NCBI GenBank assembly: GCA_030704615.1
Contig: CM060731.1
Coordinates: 80,476,001 to 80,540,000, forward strand
Reading direction: 5' to 3'
From: Takakia lepidozioides
Lineage: Eukaryota; Plantae; Bryophyta
DNA length: 64,000 nucleotides
Shown here one piece after another: positions 27,701-39,990 of this stretch. The translations under genes and the position numbers were made by a program. Below the pieces are notes generated by a model. It was given only the letters and a program-made list of their open reading frames with translations, searched no databases and had not been told where the DNA came from. How positions within the stretch are numbered: position 1 is the stretch's first letter; each line of letters opens with the position of its first letter.

Positions 27701-28749
27701 CAGTCCTCTGTCTCGACTACGTATTTCCGGCAACAGCTGAGGAGATGGTGAATCCGGACGATCACATTCAAACTGTTTTGTTAACGCCGGACCCAATTAA
27801 TCCCGTTATCCAAGGACCAGATGTAGACCCGACCTCGCAGGAGAAGGAGTGCAGGACTTACACTCATGAGCTGAGGGCGGACACCGACGATTACCTGGTT
27901 TTTTTTTTTTGCAAGGATGGGATGTCTTGTGTGAACGTTTTCGGAGGAGTGGCAATGACGTACGTTCTGCTTATAAGGGGATTTTGCTTCGTTTTGGAAT
28001 TTTCTGTGGTTGCAGTTTGCCGGATTCAACTCTCCTATTTTTTCTACGTTGTCGAGATAGAGTGTTTAAACAGTGTCTGTTTTCTCACAAGTTTTCTGCT
28101 ATTCTGTTATTGGAGTTCTGGGTGTTTTTGGTGTTTGTTATTCAGGAGTTTGGTGTGTTTTTCGGTTGTCTCAAAAGAATGCCTAACCCTTTCAATTTTT
28201 CGATGGTTGCAGTTCGTCGGCTTTATTTTGATTTCATTGTTTGGTTTCATTGCAGGAAAAAAATATTCGTGTGCTTGACATAAACTATGTAACGAAAAAA
28301 AAGTTTGTAGAAGCAAGGTGGAGGCTTATTTCAAGATGCTTCAGATTGATAATCAGACTATCGCCGGAGACGGAGATGACGGAGACTCGCTGCAAGATGA
28401 CGAAGTGGACGAAGAAGAAGATGACGAAGGACACGACAAAGAGCAGGACGAGGAAAAGGAGGAGAAACAAGAACAAGATGAGGAGGAAGAGAAAGACGAA
28501 CATGAAGACGAAGATGAGAACATGAAAATCGTCACCGAAGACCAGGGGCAGATGCGACTGATGTGGGAAAGGGAAAGAGAGGGCCAGGAAATTTTCGGGT
28601 TGGATACACTTGGTAGTACTCCAAATACCCAAGAACGAGTTGTGCCAGAAAGTGTACACAATCTGGACAGCTCTTCCTCCAGTTCCGATAACACCACGAA
28701 TAAAAATCCGGCTTCTCCAGGGGGGGGAGAAGCGACATCGACGGAGTAG
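24740..28749 (+). pseudogene. Multi-exon cargo gene: ParB/Srx-like domain, possible degenerate beta-class amino-MTase fold, acidic tract. Exons approx. 24740-25777, 25907-26158, 26710-27977, 28256-28749
   Basis: FFIIGGQHTIIAAK|ELV...LSKLLNDPN. GT-AG introns 25778-25906 and 26159-26709 splice in frame. Later YLVFFFCKDGMSCVNVFGG..T....R|KKIF, then a D/E-rich tract. In-frame TAG at 26875. Confidence 0.6.
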
Positions 28750-30149
28750 TTGAAACCTTAGCTCAAGGGTTCACACCTGTGGAAGGTGACGAGCCTTTGA
28801 TTATGTCACCGGATCCCGTTAACAATCCTCGAGAGGTGGTGTCCCAGAATGTCACCCAGGAAGTGGTTCTGGATGTAGGTAACGAATGACAATTAGTGAA
28901 TTTTTATTCGTACACACTCCAGAATAGAATATGACAATATTGTAATTATACATACTTGTGAGTGGAATAATCCGAATGTTTTTTCCATTTCCTTTGTTCT
29001 GGACTTTCGAATAAAACATATTTCCACCCGGATACATATTTCCGTTCGCACATCCTTGTGGACAACCACTAACTGTTTCGATACTTTTCTTGTAGATCCA
29101 AGAATCCCAATCGGAGGAAATGACACACACACAAACTGGCTCAAAGGAGACTCAAACGGTGAAGAGACACGTGGATCTGACAGTGAGGGCCAGGTCATCT
29201 GAGCTGGTTCCGCAAGAAACCTCCACTGTCTAGTCGACGTTGCCATCTGCAGGGAATGAGTCGGAGAATCCTCCTACTCGTGGGGAAGTAGAAGAGAAGC
29301 ACGTAATCCAACAACAGATCCCGATTCAGGTACTACATTGGCTTTATTCTTATTACTCTTATTATTGGTCTTTGAGTCTCATCTTCGGTATTGCTCAATT
29401 CGGTAATTTTGTCGGATCATTTTGACGACCATACTCCTCATCCGTGAAATTCCTTAATTTCCTATAGATTCATGAGACGACGTCTGAGGAGATCAACACT
29501 ACAACAGAACGCGGTATATCTGACTGCGAGGCCGCGGTAGTCATGGTTTTCCTGACTTTGACCATGACTTCCCTATATTTTTAGACCAAAGGGGGCTTCA
29601 CGTAGTAGTTGAAATGACTGCGTGACTACGTAGTCCTCTGGATGACTACGTTGGTAGACTTTGTCATGACTACATGGCTCCGCACTAGACGGAAGGTTGG
29701 TCAACGATGGTTGACCAGCGCGAGGTCACCACCAAACAGTCGTTGGAATGGCTCCTAGTGTGAAGCCTGGTAGCCAAAAGGTTTTTTTTTTTTTTTAAAG
29801 TTGCTTATAGGGTTGCCCATTAGAGGACCGGGACTTAGTTTTTTTTTCTTTTTTCTCCTGCGCGGTTTCTTAGTATCGAGCTGTTGTGTCATGGAACGCG
29901 AGGATCGCAGGATAGGGCGTGGGATGGAGGCTTTGTATCGAGCTACTGATGCGGGGCGAAGCGCAACCTGCACCGCAACCGCAATGGGCTCTTGGCTCAT
30001 GTTATCTTGGGAGAGTCAGCTTGGCTTGGGAGTCCGTGTTTCAATTTTACCTTTGTGGAAAAGGGTAAAAGGTCCATGGTGACATTGTCAAATTTAGGGT
30101 ATCCAGAAACAGATGTGGTAGTATTGAGGATACAAAGGGAGTGTTTGAG

Positions 30150-32390
30150 AATATGGCTGAACGAACCTAGAGTGTGATGATCGCGGGATATGCCCCAGCA
30201 TGGATGTGGGATGGAGGCATTGGAGACCTATGAGCAAATGATGTGGGAAGGGTAAAGGCAAACCAGGTCACGTTCGTTTGTAGATGCAATGCGTGTGCGA
30301 GCCTGGCAGCCCTGGAAAAGGGCAAAGAGGCCATGCTGACATCATCAAAGCTGGAATTGTATGAGATGTCATTCCAAACGATACCCTGGTAGACATGTAT
30401 GCCAAATGTGGCAGCATCGAAGCTGCAAAGAGAAGGCAAATACTACTTCCATTGAGCGTTTTTATTTGTCTTCCTAGTGCAGATGCTTGGGTGCAACACA
30501 GTACAACACAATCCCTATTTTATGAACGAGCGTTGATCACGTGGATTTAATGATGGCAGGATTCTTCTTCGACCTGTTTCAGCCTGGTTGCTTTCCCATC
30601 AGACTCGGCCCTGGATTGCTCAGAGCAGAGCTGGCATATTGAGGGTTTTACAGATCCTTCACGATGATGGGACAAACCGCGATCGCAAGGTGTGGTTTTT
30701 TTTTAATGTACGATGTGAAGAAGTTTGTCCATCCTGCAAATGTGGGCTCTTGGCTCTTGGCAAGAAAGCTGGAAAGCAGGTGCACACTCACATTGTCCAA
30801 AGTGGATTCACGCCGAACGTTTTTCTACTCAACACCCTTGTCAACATGTATGTTAAGGGGAGCATCATGGATAATCACCAAGTGTTCAACACAGAATGCC
30901 TCAACGATCTTTGATCACGTGGAATATAATGTTGGCAGGATTTACCAAGCATGGGCGTGGTACGAATGCCTTGGAGACCTATGAGCAAATGATGCGCGAA
31001 GGGGTGAGACCAACCACATCACGTTTGTTTGTGTTTGCAATGCGTGTGCAAGCCTGGAAAAAGGGAAAGAGGTCCATGGCTTTGGAGGCTTTGGAGACCT
31101 ATGAGCTAAGAGGCTTGGAGACCTATGAGCAAATGATGGGGGAAGGGGTGAAGCCCAGCCACATCATTGTGTGCATTAGCAATGCTCGTGCAAGCCTGGC
31201 AGCCCTGGAGAAGGGCAAAGAGGTGCATGGCGATATCATCAAAGCTGGAATTGTACCAAATGTCATTCCGAACACTGCCCTGGCAGCTCTGGAAAAGGGG
31301 AAAGAGGTCCATGGTGACATCTTCAGAGCTGGAATTGTACCAAATGTCATTCTGAGGCATACCCTGGTGGGCATGTATGCAAAGTGGGTGCATCGAGCCC
31401 TGGACAAGGGCAAAGAGGTGCATGGCGATATCATCAAAGCTGGAATTGTACCAAATGTCATTCTGAACACTGCCCTGGCAGCTCTGGAAAAGAGGAAAGA
31501 GGTCCATGGCGACATCTTCAGAGCTGGAATTGTACCAAATGTCATTCTGAGGCATACCCTAGTGGACATGTATGCAAAGTGGGTGCATCGAGCCCTAGAC
31601 AAGGGCAAAGAGGTGCATGGCGATATCATCAAAGCTGGAATTGTACCAAATGTCATTCCGAACACTGCCTTGGCAGCTCTGGAAAAGGGGAAAGAGGTCC
31701 ATGGTGACATCTTCAGAGCTGGAATTGTACCAAATGTCATTCTGAGGCATACCCTAGTGGACATGTATGCAAAGTGGGTGCATCGAGCCCTGGACAAGGG
31801 CAAAGAGGTGCATGGCGATATCATCAAAGCTGGAATTGTACCAAATGTCATTCCGAACACTGCCTTGGCAGCTTTGGAAAAGGGGAAAGAGGTCCATGGT
31901 GACATCTTCAGAGCTGGAATTGTACCAAATGTCATTCTGAGGCATACCCTAGTGGACATGTATGCAAAGTGGGTGCATCGAGCCCTAGAGAAGGGCAAAG
32001 AGGTGCATGGCGATATCATCAAAGCTGGAATTGTACCAAATGTCATTCCGAACACTGCCTTGGCAGCTCTGGAAAAGGGGAAAGAGGTCCATGGCGATAT
32101 CTTCAGAGCTGGAATTGTGCCAAATGACATTCTGAACAATACCCTAGTGGACATGTATGCAAAATGTGGGTGCATCGAGGATGCAAAGGGAGTGTTCGAC
32201 ACTATGGCTGAATGAGATGTGGTGTCGTGGAGTGCGTGCTTGCAGGGTATGCACAGCAGGGACGTGGGATGGAGGCTTTGGAGACCTATGAGCAAATGAT
32301 GGGGGTAGGGGTGAAGCCCGGGAAAAGGGCAAAGAGGTGCATGGGGATATCATCAAAACTGGAATTGTACCATAGTCATTCTGAACACAA
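30150..32390 (+). pseudogene. Rearranged PLS-class PPR gene fragments, including the 30896-32215 ORF
   Basis: ITWNIMLAGFTKHGRG..ALETYEQM..EGVKP, LEKGKEVHGDIIKAG, NTLVDMYAKCGCIEDAKGVFDTM. Frameshifted, with no E/DYW domain. Confidence 0.88.
31201..32165 (+). repeat. In-frame 195-bp tandem repeat x5 (87+108-bp subunits)
   Basis: Units start at 31201, 31396, 31591, 31786 and 31981 and are nearly identical. Confidence 0.95.
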
Positions 32391-32609
32391 CCGGTAACCA
32401 ATCCATTCATTGGCTGCATTGTTGTGTCAAAAGTCCATGTGTAGACTAGAATCCACATGTTCAATGGTGGGAAGGGAAAACTGTTCTTGCTGCCCAAAGC
32501 ATGTGATAGTCACAAGCCTAGCAATTGTCTCTGAAAAATGATGGATGACTGGTGCCTTGGTTACAGCATCCACCCTTGTCAACTCTTGCGATGTTGCAAT
32601 GAAATATAC
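32391..32609 (-). pseudogene. Captured ABCC/MRP transporter exon fragment (TMD2)
   Basis: YFIATSQELTRVDAVTKAPVIHHFSETIA...LHMDF/HNNAANEWIGYR, preceded by a TTGCAG splice acceptor. Confidence 0.85.
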
Positions 32610-34159
32610 CTGCAACAAGCATTGATTAGAAGTTAGCTTTCCTTCCATGTCAGCTGCTAGCAGCAAGGCAAGGATGTATGCATGATTTGTGTAAAGTCAT
32701 GGACAACTGAAGAGCAGGGATAGAGTGGGGGTCCAGATTCATCTAAGAAGGTCAGGTTTCAAGCTCCAGATTACCTATCATTCCCTGTGGAAGGACAAGT
32801 ACAAGAAACAGATGGTCAAGTGGAAGCCGCATCAGCAGCGACACAATTGATAAAATCAGGCATTGTTAATGAAGGCGCCTTCTTCAACACATTTCACCTA
32901 TTTTTCCTTCTTATCAGAGTTGGCACTCTATTTTCATGTTCAATAGCTACAAGAAACCTGCATGGGTAGATGGTCAACTGGAAGCTGCAGCAGCAGCGGC
33001 GGAATTGATAAAATCAGGCACTGCTAATGAAGGCACCTTCTTCAACACATTTCACCCTATTTTTCCCTCTTATCAGTAGCGGCTCTAAATTTTCATGTTG
33101 AATTCTGCAAGTTAGCTGGTTGAGTGAACCTTTGTAGTTTGGAGTGACTTTTGACATGATACTGCCAATGTGACAACAGGAAAGAATCCAGAAACAGGTA
33201 ACAAAGACCACAAGAAGCTGTGGAGTGAATACTTTTCTGACCCCAGTCAACGGTGGGACAATCAAGGCAAAAAGGTGAATGCCTATTGGATTACAGAGAG
33301 TAGAAGATGCAATTGAGCATAGGAACTGGTGTGATAAGTTGAGTTGGGCGTTTCCCAGAACAATTCGAGGCTTTCATTGTCATCTGCTAGCAGCAAGGCA
33401 AGGATGAATGCATGATTTGTGCATATCAGGCATGGATACCTGAAGGAGCAGAGATAGAGTGTGGGTCCAGAATCATCCAAGAGGGCCAGCAAGAGGGCAG
33501 CTCTTTGTGTGCTTGATTCTCACTCCCATTTGGTGTTTGTCGTGGTCTCCTTGGCAGGATTTCCCACCATAGCCCCTTTCTTCCAAGCAGCCAGTTGTCA
33601 ACCTTGCTCTCCCATCCTTCACCCTCTTCGTCAGTGAAGTACTTCCTTTCTCCTTTTTCATGTTCCAGCCATTTAGGTGGTTTCTCCCTCAATACTGCCT
33701 TCATTTGCTGCATTGCCATGCATTTACTCTCTGTGGTTTTAATTTGCTCATGCCCAACAGTTGGAAGAATTCCATGTGTTGGGCTAATTCCACTCTGAGT
33801 TGCAATTTCCATTCTTTTCAGTGCTTCTCACAGGCTGGTTTTTGCTGGAACAGGTCTGTCCTCTTCACTTAAGTTTTCCTCTCCTCATCATATCTTCTCC
33901 AAATCTGGTCACAGGCATCCTCATTTCCTTCTGTCTTTGGCGCATCATTGACTGTCCCTTGTGGTTCAGCTCTTGTTTGTGTGTCTCCATAAAAGGGACA
34001 TCCTTCGTGTGGTGGAATGCTGCTCACAAGAATTGTTTGTTGTGGGCTTCTTTGCAGGATTTTTCAGCTCTGTTCTTCCCTCTTCACCTTTCCTCCTTTC
34101 AGGTGCTCATCCTCTCAATTCTAGTGCCTTTGTTTGCTGCATTGCAGTGTGGTTCCTCC

Positions 34160-34360
34160 GTGTGCACATGATCCATTTCTCCACAGTGTGGAGAGACGGT
34201 CTATGGCTCCCACTCTGGGGATCAAGGGAAAGATTTGGAGAGTTGTCCATAATTTGCATGCTCACACCAAAATGTTGTGTCAACGGTTAATGGACAGAAG
34301 TCTAACTTCTATGACATAGACCAAGGTGTGGCTCAAGGATGTACCCCCTCCCACTTTCAT
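34160..34360 (+). pseudogene. Short LINE reverse transcriptase fragment
   Basis: (D)TVWRDGLW..L...GIKGKIWRVVHNL...GVAQGC, resembling RT motifs 3-4. Confidence 0.5.
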
Positions 34361-34909
34361 GTTGAATTATTCAAGTAAGCTAATTGGGTGGATGCAACTC
34401 ACATGTATGCTGAGTGCAGGAGCCTCGTGGATGTAGCAGGAAGCAATAGCAGCAATTGCACACTTGATAAAATCGGGTACCCTCATCTTCAATACATTTC
34501 AGCCTGTTCTGTCCTCTTTTCAGAGTAGTCCCTAATTGTCCAGCGAAGGGGAGGATGTATATGGATTATGAGTGTTGTGGTAGGGATAGCTAAAGGGGCA
34601 CACAAAGTAGGGCTGGTTCTATTTTCAGTGCACATGGTGCTACTTACAAAATTATTCAATCAGAAATACAGGGTGATGAACTTGTGCCCTTAGACTGTAT
34701 TTTGAGGAGCTAGATTCTGGGACAGCAGAGCTATTTTGTAAATCTGACTGGCAATTGTTTAAGAGAATCTCTTTTTACATCTGCTGTTGGCTTCAGTGTC
34801 TCTGTTATGTCCTTTGCACTTTGTCACTTTGTTCTTTCTTGTGAATGATGGTGTGTTATGATTTTCCAAATAATATTAAAAACCAAATTCTCAAACAACT
34901 AATTTGATG

Positions 34910-35480
34910 CCACGCGTCCAACCCAACCCAACAAACCACTTTACAGTAGGCACCATGACTACACAACATCGCATCATACATTGACATGTGTCATATCCTT
35001 GGAAAAACACATGGCAACGAGCTCCTACAGGCATAGTCATGGGAATGACTTTAAATACATTTAAAATTTAAAATAAACTAATCATATGATGCCACGGGTC
35101 CAAATATCAACATGTTGGTAGTCAAGATAATGACTGCAAGGCCTCCTCATAAATATGCCACGTGTCAATTTTTGGAGATGCTATATGGCGTAGATCCACG
35201 ACACGCGTCCAACCCAACAAACCACTTCACAGTAGGCACCATGACTACACAACATCGCATCATACATTGACATGTATTATATCCTTGGAAAAACACATGG
35301 CAACGAGCTCCTACAGGCATAGTCATGGGAATGACTTTAAATACATTTAAAATTTAAAATAAACTAATCATATGATGCCACGGGTCCAGATATCAACATG
35401 TTGGTAGTCAAGATAATGACTGCAAGGCCTCCTCATAATATGCCACGTGTCAATTTTTGGAGATGTCATATGGCGCACAT
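34910..35480. repeat. ~290-bp tandem duplication inside the CACTA
   Basis: CACGCGTCCAACCCAAC...TGCCACGTGTCAATTTTTGGAGATG starts at ~34911 and ~35202. Confidence 0.9.
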
Positions 35481-36149
35481 CCACAAAAACCTCCTGGACT
35501 TATTAAAAAGAGACACGTGTACAGTTTGCAGCAGCACACTAAGTCATGTATGGTAGAAGTACATATGACTGCCAAATGACAGTAAGATGTATCACTTGGT
35601 TCATCTTACTACAGTCATACGTGACCGACCATCATGTACTCATTATATTCACTTGGTTTGCACGACTTAAAGTCATTGCAGTCATATGTATCGTTTATGA
35701 CTACGAGATAGTCATATATACAGTCATATATACCACGATCTTGTTGTAGTGTAAACACACACGGACCGACTCCAACGAGACTGAGACGGTGAAGAGAATA
35801 GTGGATCGGACAGTCACTGTCGCACTATCTGATCCGGTTCTGCAAGTAATCTCCACTGGACAGTTGAGGTTGACATCTGCTACCACAGAGATGGAGGATA
35901 CCGTTTCCCGTAGAGATGGGAAAGAGGAGGAGCAGCCTGCTCAAGGATCCCAACAGCCCTCCCCCCAAAAACGGTAATGCTTTCAACTCCATTTTTCCGT
36001 TTCTCTACATTGGGATTACTGAAATTGAAATTAATAATGAACTCTTATGTTATTCCACAAGACAACAAGCATTACCCTCCAGTCGACTATTCCATTTCTG
36101 TCAATCCAAACGATCTGCATTCCCTTCCTTGGGGACCGAACGGATGCCG

Positions 36150-36850
36150 GCCAGGATACTACGTCCTGGTCTGGGACATCGGTTGCCTTTGTGAGGTTTA
36201 CCTAAAGGATGGAAAGAAATCCCCTCCTGCCACGCAGCCTTGTATCTCCGCAGGGAAATTCAAGTTAGCTACGCGAAACGGTCTTGACGAATTCATTAAG
36301 TGGGTCGTCAAAAAGTTTGCCGTTTGTTTTTGGAATACGGGACCTGAAATGAACGTCGAGACTATCGCCAAGGCTGTGTTCGGGAAGTACTATTCCCAAG
36401 TTAGAACTTACAGCAGTGACAATTCCGTCATGCATAGATCGACATTCAACGAAAAATGGCCTAAAGCTCCAAAAAATCCCATCTACTTTAAACGTCTTTA
36501 CGATATTTTCGCTGAGGAAGACCCGACAGCTTACAAATCCAATACTCTCCTCATCGACACTGTAGACAATATGTACAAGTCCTACTTGAACCCGTTAGGA
36601 CATACCATCTTCTTTCCAAAATATAAAGCGCTCGTGGACCCTGACAGAGATAAGTTTCTACTGGAAGAGCTCAAGCCTTACCTTAAACATGTTCCGGTTA
36701 TCCGGGATGGATGTCATGCCATTCAACGAGCTACATCCGTTCGGTGTTACGAAGGATTTCTTCGAGGACGACCCAACGGTCAAATTTCTTAGAGACTTTG
36801 ATTATAGGTGGCAGAAGTTCCTTAGGAATCACGAGTTGCGTGCCGCTACA
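36150..36850 (+). pseudogene. FCP1/NIF-like HAD domain, copy 1 (divergent)
   Basis: YVLVWDIG..., AVCFWNT, YFKRLYDIF, SNTLLID...YKSYLNP, DKFLLEELKPYL. Confidence 0.6.
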
Positions 36851-37024
36851 TTGGGACATAAAATATTTCAATTGAGTTTGGTGAACCTCGGCTGTCCAGT
36901 GGACGTTCTTGTTCACTTGCCCGGTGTCGGTTTTTCCAATGCATTGTATTATTCATTTTTTATCATCCTAAGTATGAATGACTCTCTGGCAGATGGGAGC
37001 ACCTGTTTCTCCTCTTGCGCAAGG

Positions 37025-37724
37025 GTTGCGTTTGATTATTTTTGACGTGAATGGAGTCTTGTGCAAAATCTTGAAGCACCAGAAGAGCTACAATGTCCCC
37101 CGGTTTTCAGAATCAGACTACAGAATTCCAGCTCTTGTCAGATTCCGACTTGTCTGTAGACGGGAGAAATATCGCGAAGTGTAGACAGAGTTGCACAAAC
37201 ACTTCAGGTTAGGGATTTGGAGCTCTATGATGTACAAGAACTTGCAGCCCATCCTAGATTTTTTGCTTCGTGGTCTCTCTCAACCGGCCTTCGTTATGTC
37301 TCAAGAGGATTGTATTTCATGTCCTACTTCGGTTCACCCTCAATTCAAATCAGGATTGGACCCTCCTCATTTGTTTTTGAAGCCACTGGTCAAGGTCTGG
37401 CAGAGATTTGGTGGACAATACACAGAGAGTAACAATCTGCTCATTGACGACACTGCCATGAAGTGTGTATTGAACCGGCCCGACTCATGTCTTGTTCTCA
37501 AACCGTTCCAGACCGTGGAGACTGATGGTTGCTATCTTCTCAAGGTTCTTCAGACCTATTTGCTTGGAATGAGGAAACATCCCACTATTTCAAGCTATCT
37601 TAGGAAAAAAATGATAGGGTTAAGTTTCTTTCCCTATGTTTCAAACGATCCCAAATTTAGCCCACTCTGGGATTTTATTGAGGACAACGGTTTTAAGAGT
37701 CTCAGATATGATGCTTCAAAATAA
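37025..37724 (+). pseudogene. FCP1/NIF-like HAD domain, copy 2
   Basis: LIIFDVNGVL, FRLGIWSS, FLKPLVKVW, NLLIDDTAMKCVLN. In-frame TAG at 37182. Confidence 0.75.
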
Positions 37725-39239
37725 AATTATTTTTTATCAATCCCATCTCACTCGAGCTATTGAATATCTTCATGGTTTCTGATTTTCATTGCCTTGTAAT
37801 CACACACGTATTAGATATGGTACTCTCATTTTCACTCATTTTCTGTTGAATTCTTGACGCACATTCCAGGCAATCCCAAGACTCTGATACATGCCTTCAT
37901 ACGGGGACATGACTATATCCAGTGACCTCCACTGTTCAGTGGAGGTTCACATTCCTGCACTCCCAGATTTATGATTATGTCTCTTTGGCAGGTTCAAGGA
38001 GATGCTGACGACGTCAACGGTTCCTCAAGTCCCCTAAGGGAACCCTCCGGATCAGCAGTGAGTCGAAGTATTGAAGGCTTTCTGAGGGTTCACGATGGTG
38101 CTCAAATTGAGGGTGGATCCTTGGTCAGACCCTTCTCCTCTCGGGAAGCGGGCGACACTCTTCTCCTCTCGGGTCTTCCTGGGTGTAAAATCCAAGGTGC
38201 AGGTGAAGAACAGAAATATCCCGGAAACTTTATCGAGCTTTCCCAACATTCCTCACCCTCCCCATTCAGTACGCAGGGTCTAGTCTATCCAACCCGCAGG
38301 GCAACCGTCGGGGACTTGGCTGCGGCTCCACTGCACCTTGTTCTGTCTCTTCCTCGCATATCTCCCCAGCATGAGGGTTGGACAGCCCAAATCCGCAGGA
38401 GTCATGTGACTTAAACTCATTTCTTGCTCCTTGCTCATTCTCCTAGTTTCACTTAGTTTGGGGTCTGATATTCATATGTCGCTCCAGGTCAGAAAATCTG
38501 CAGATTATGACCTTCCTGTCAAACGACGTCTGCATTGGAATGCAGTTCCGAGGTAAATTATTCATTCGTTGCGTTTTCATTCCATCCAGGATGTCGAGTG
38601 CTCAAGGGATAATTTTTTGTGCTTGCCTGTTATTGCCCCTCCACTCCCCCCATCGTTCAATGGCAAAACATCTCCAACATTGACACAGCCTGACCCTGAA
38701 CTGGTGGCACAATGTTCTGCACCAAAGAGGCGAAAAGAGCCCCCGAGCCATTTCCTTCCTCTGCAGGAAATCTTTCCAACAGACAAAAGGCTGACAAGAA
38801 AAAAAGAGCGGACTCCAAACACATGAGGACTCCCTCGGATGTTGTGGCGCCTTGTCAATCCAAGCCCACGGGAATCGGACATTGTTCCTCTGCGAGACCT
38901 TCAATGGTAAATTTCAAAACCATTTCCCCACTTTCGTTTGCAGTTTGTTTTGCGGTCCCAAACTAACTCCGTAATTTTTATACAAGCGAGTATGGAGCCG
39001 CAGTTCTTGAATACGCCTCCCGACAAGGTGCGTCCACGAACCTCCACTTGACAGCCGACGTTCATCGTTTCATGATCTCCAACTGTTCGATATATCACTC
39101 TTGGTCCTTTACAGTAGTCCATTGTCGGGACTTATGTCTCGGCAAACGTAGAGGTCACTCTGAAACTAACAAACACTATGTACATCAGGTTGTTTCTGAC
39201 AGCGGGAACACTGAAATTTATTTCTTTAAATTGTGCAGG

Positions 39240-39990
39240 ATGGCATCGTCCATCAACCTTCATCTGCCACATCGGGGAAGAGGAAACAGATGTTGTTAAT
39301 ATTGAATGTCAACGGACTCCTCTACTACCGGCCACCTCCAACTGGCGGTGAATTGTTTAAGGAGAGATTTCGTTTCAGGAAAGTTACAGTTCATGTTCCC
39401 GACAGACCTTTTGTGGTTCCCCGGCCCGGAGTCTTGGAGTTTCTCAACCTTGCGTTGATGCATTTTCACGTGGCGGTTTGGTCATGTGCTGAAAGAGATG
39501 TTCTTTGTAGGATGCTCGAGTGCTTAGTTTCCATGAAAATTGCGAAGAAGTTTTGCTTCATTTGGTCAGCTGAGGATTGCAAAGACACTACCGGTTACAT
39601 AATGCTTGGGATGAAATATCTCGTTAAGGATATTCGCAATGTTCTTGCCAAGTACCCTGGTACACCCTTTGCAACGCAGAGACAAATACTCCTTGTCGAT
39701 GATGAGCCATAAAAAAGCCTCCGAAACCCACCAAATACTGGATTCTTCCTTATTTCATACAAGCCATCACCAGAGGGCTTGGTTGACCAGGATGATATGA
39801 CAAAAGCTGTGTGGCCATATATATTGAAAATGACTGCAGCTTCAACAATCGTAGATTACATTAGCGAGAACTCTGCCAAGTGTTCTCGTAAGCCTATTGA
39901 TCGCGACCACGCCTATTAGGCTTGGTATGGAAGATATGTTGATCCTCGTGTTTGGATCCCACAACAAAATGAACCTGATTACCTTGGTAT
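39240..39990 (+). pseudogene. FCP1/NIF-like HAD domain, copy 3
   Basis: LLILNVNGLL, PRPGVLEFL, FHVAVWSCA, YLVKDI, ILLVDDEP*KSLRNP. Confidence 0.75.

Larger units (their letters stand above)
29497..35751. mobile_element. Non-autonomous Pack-CACTA element (6255 bp) carrying gene fragments
   Basis: Left CACTACAACAGAACGCGGTATATCTGACTG; right end reverse complement CACTACAACAAGATCGTGGTATATATGACTG. 3-bp TSD CAA/TAA (1 mismatch). TGACT/AGTCA subterminal repeats at both ends. No transposase. Confidence 0.88.

Noticed and set aside
28285-28697. Ser-rich and Phe/Leu-rich minus-strand ORFs
   Set aside because: They are complements of the GAR/GAY-rich acidic tract on the plus strand.
31123-32295. 390-aa minus-strand ORF
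   Set aside because: It is the antisense shadow of the in-frame PPR tandem repeat.
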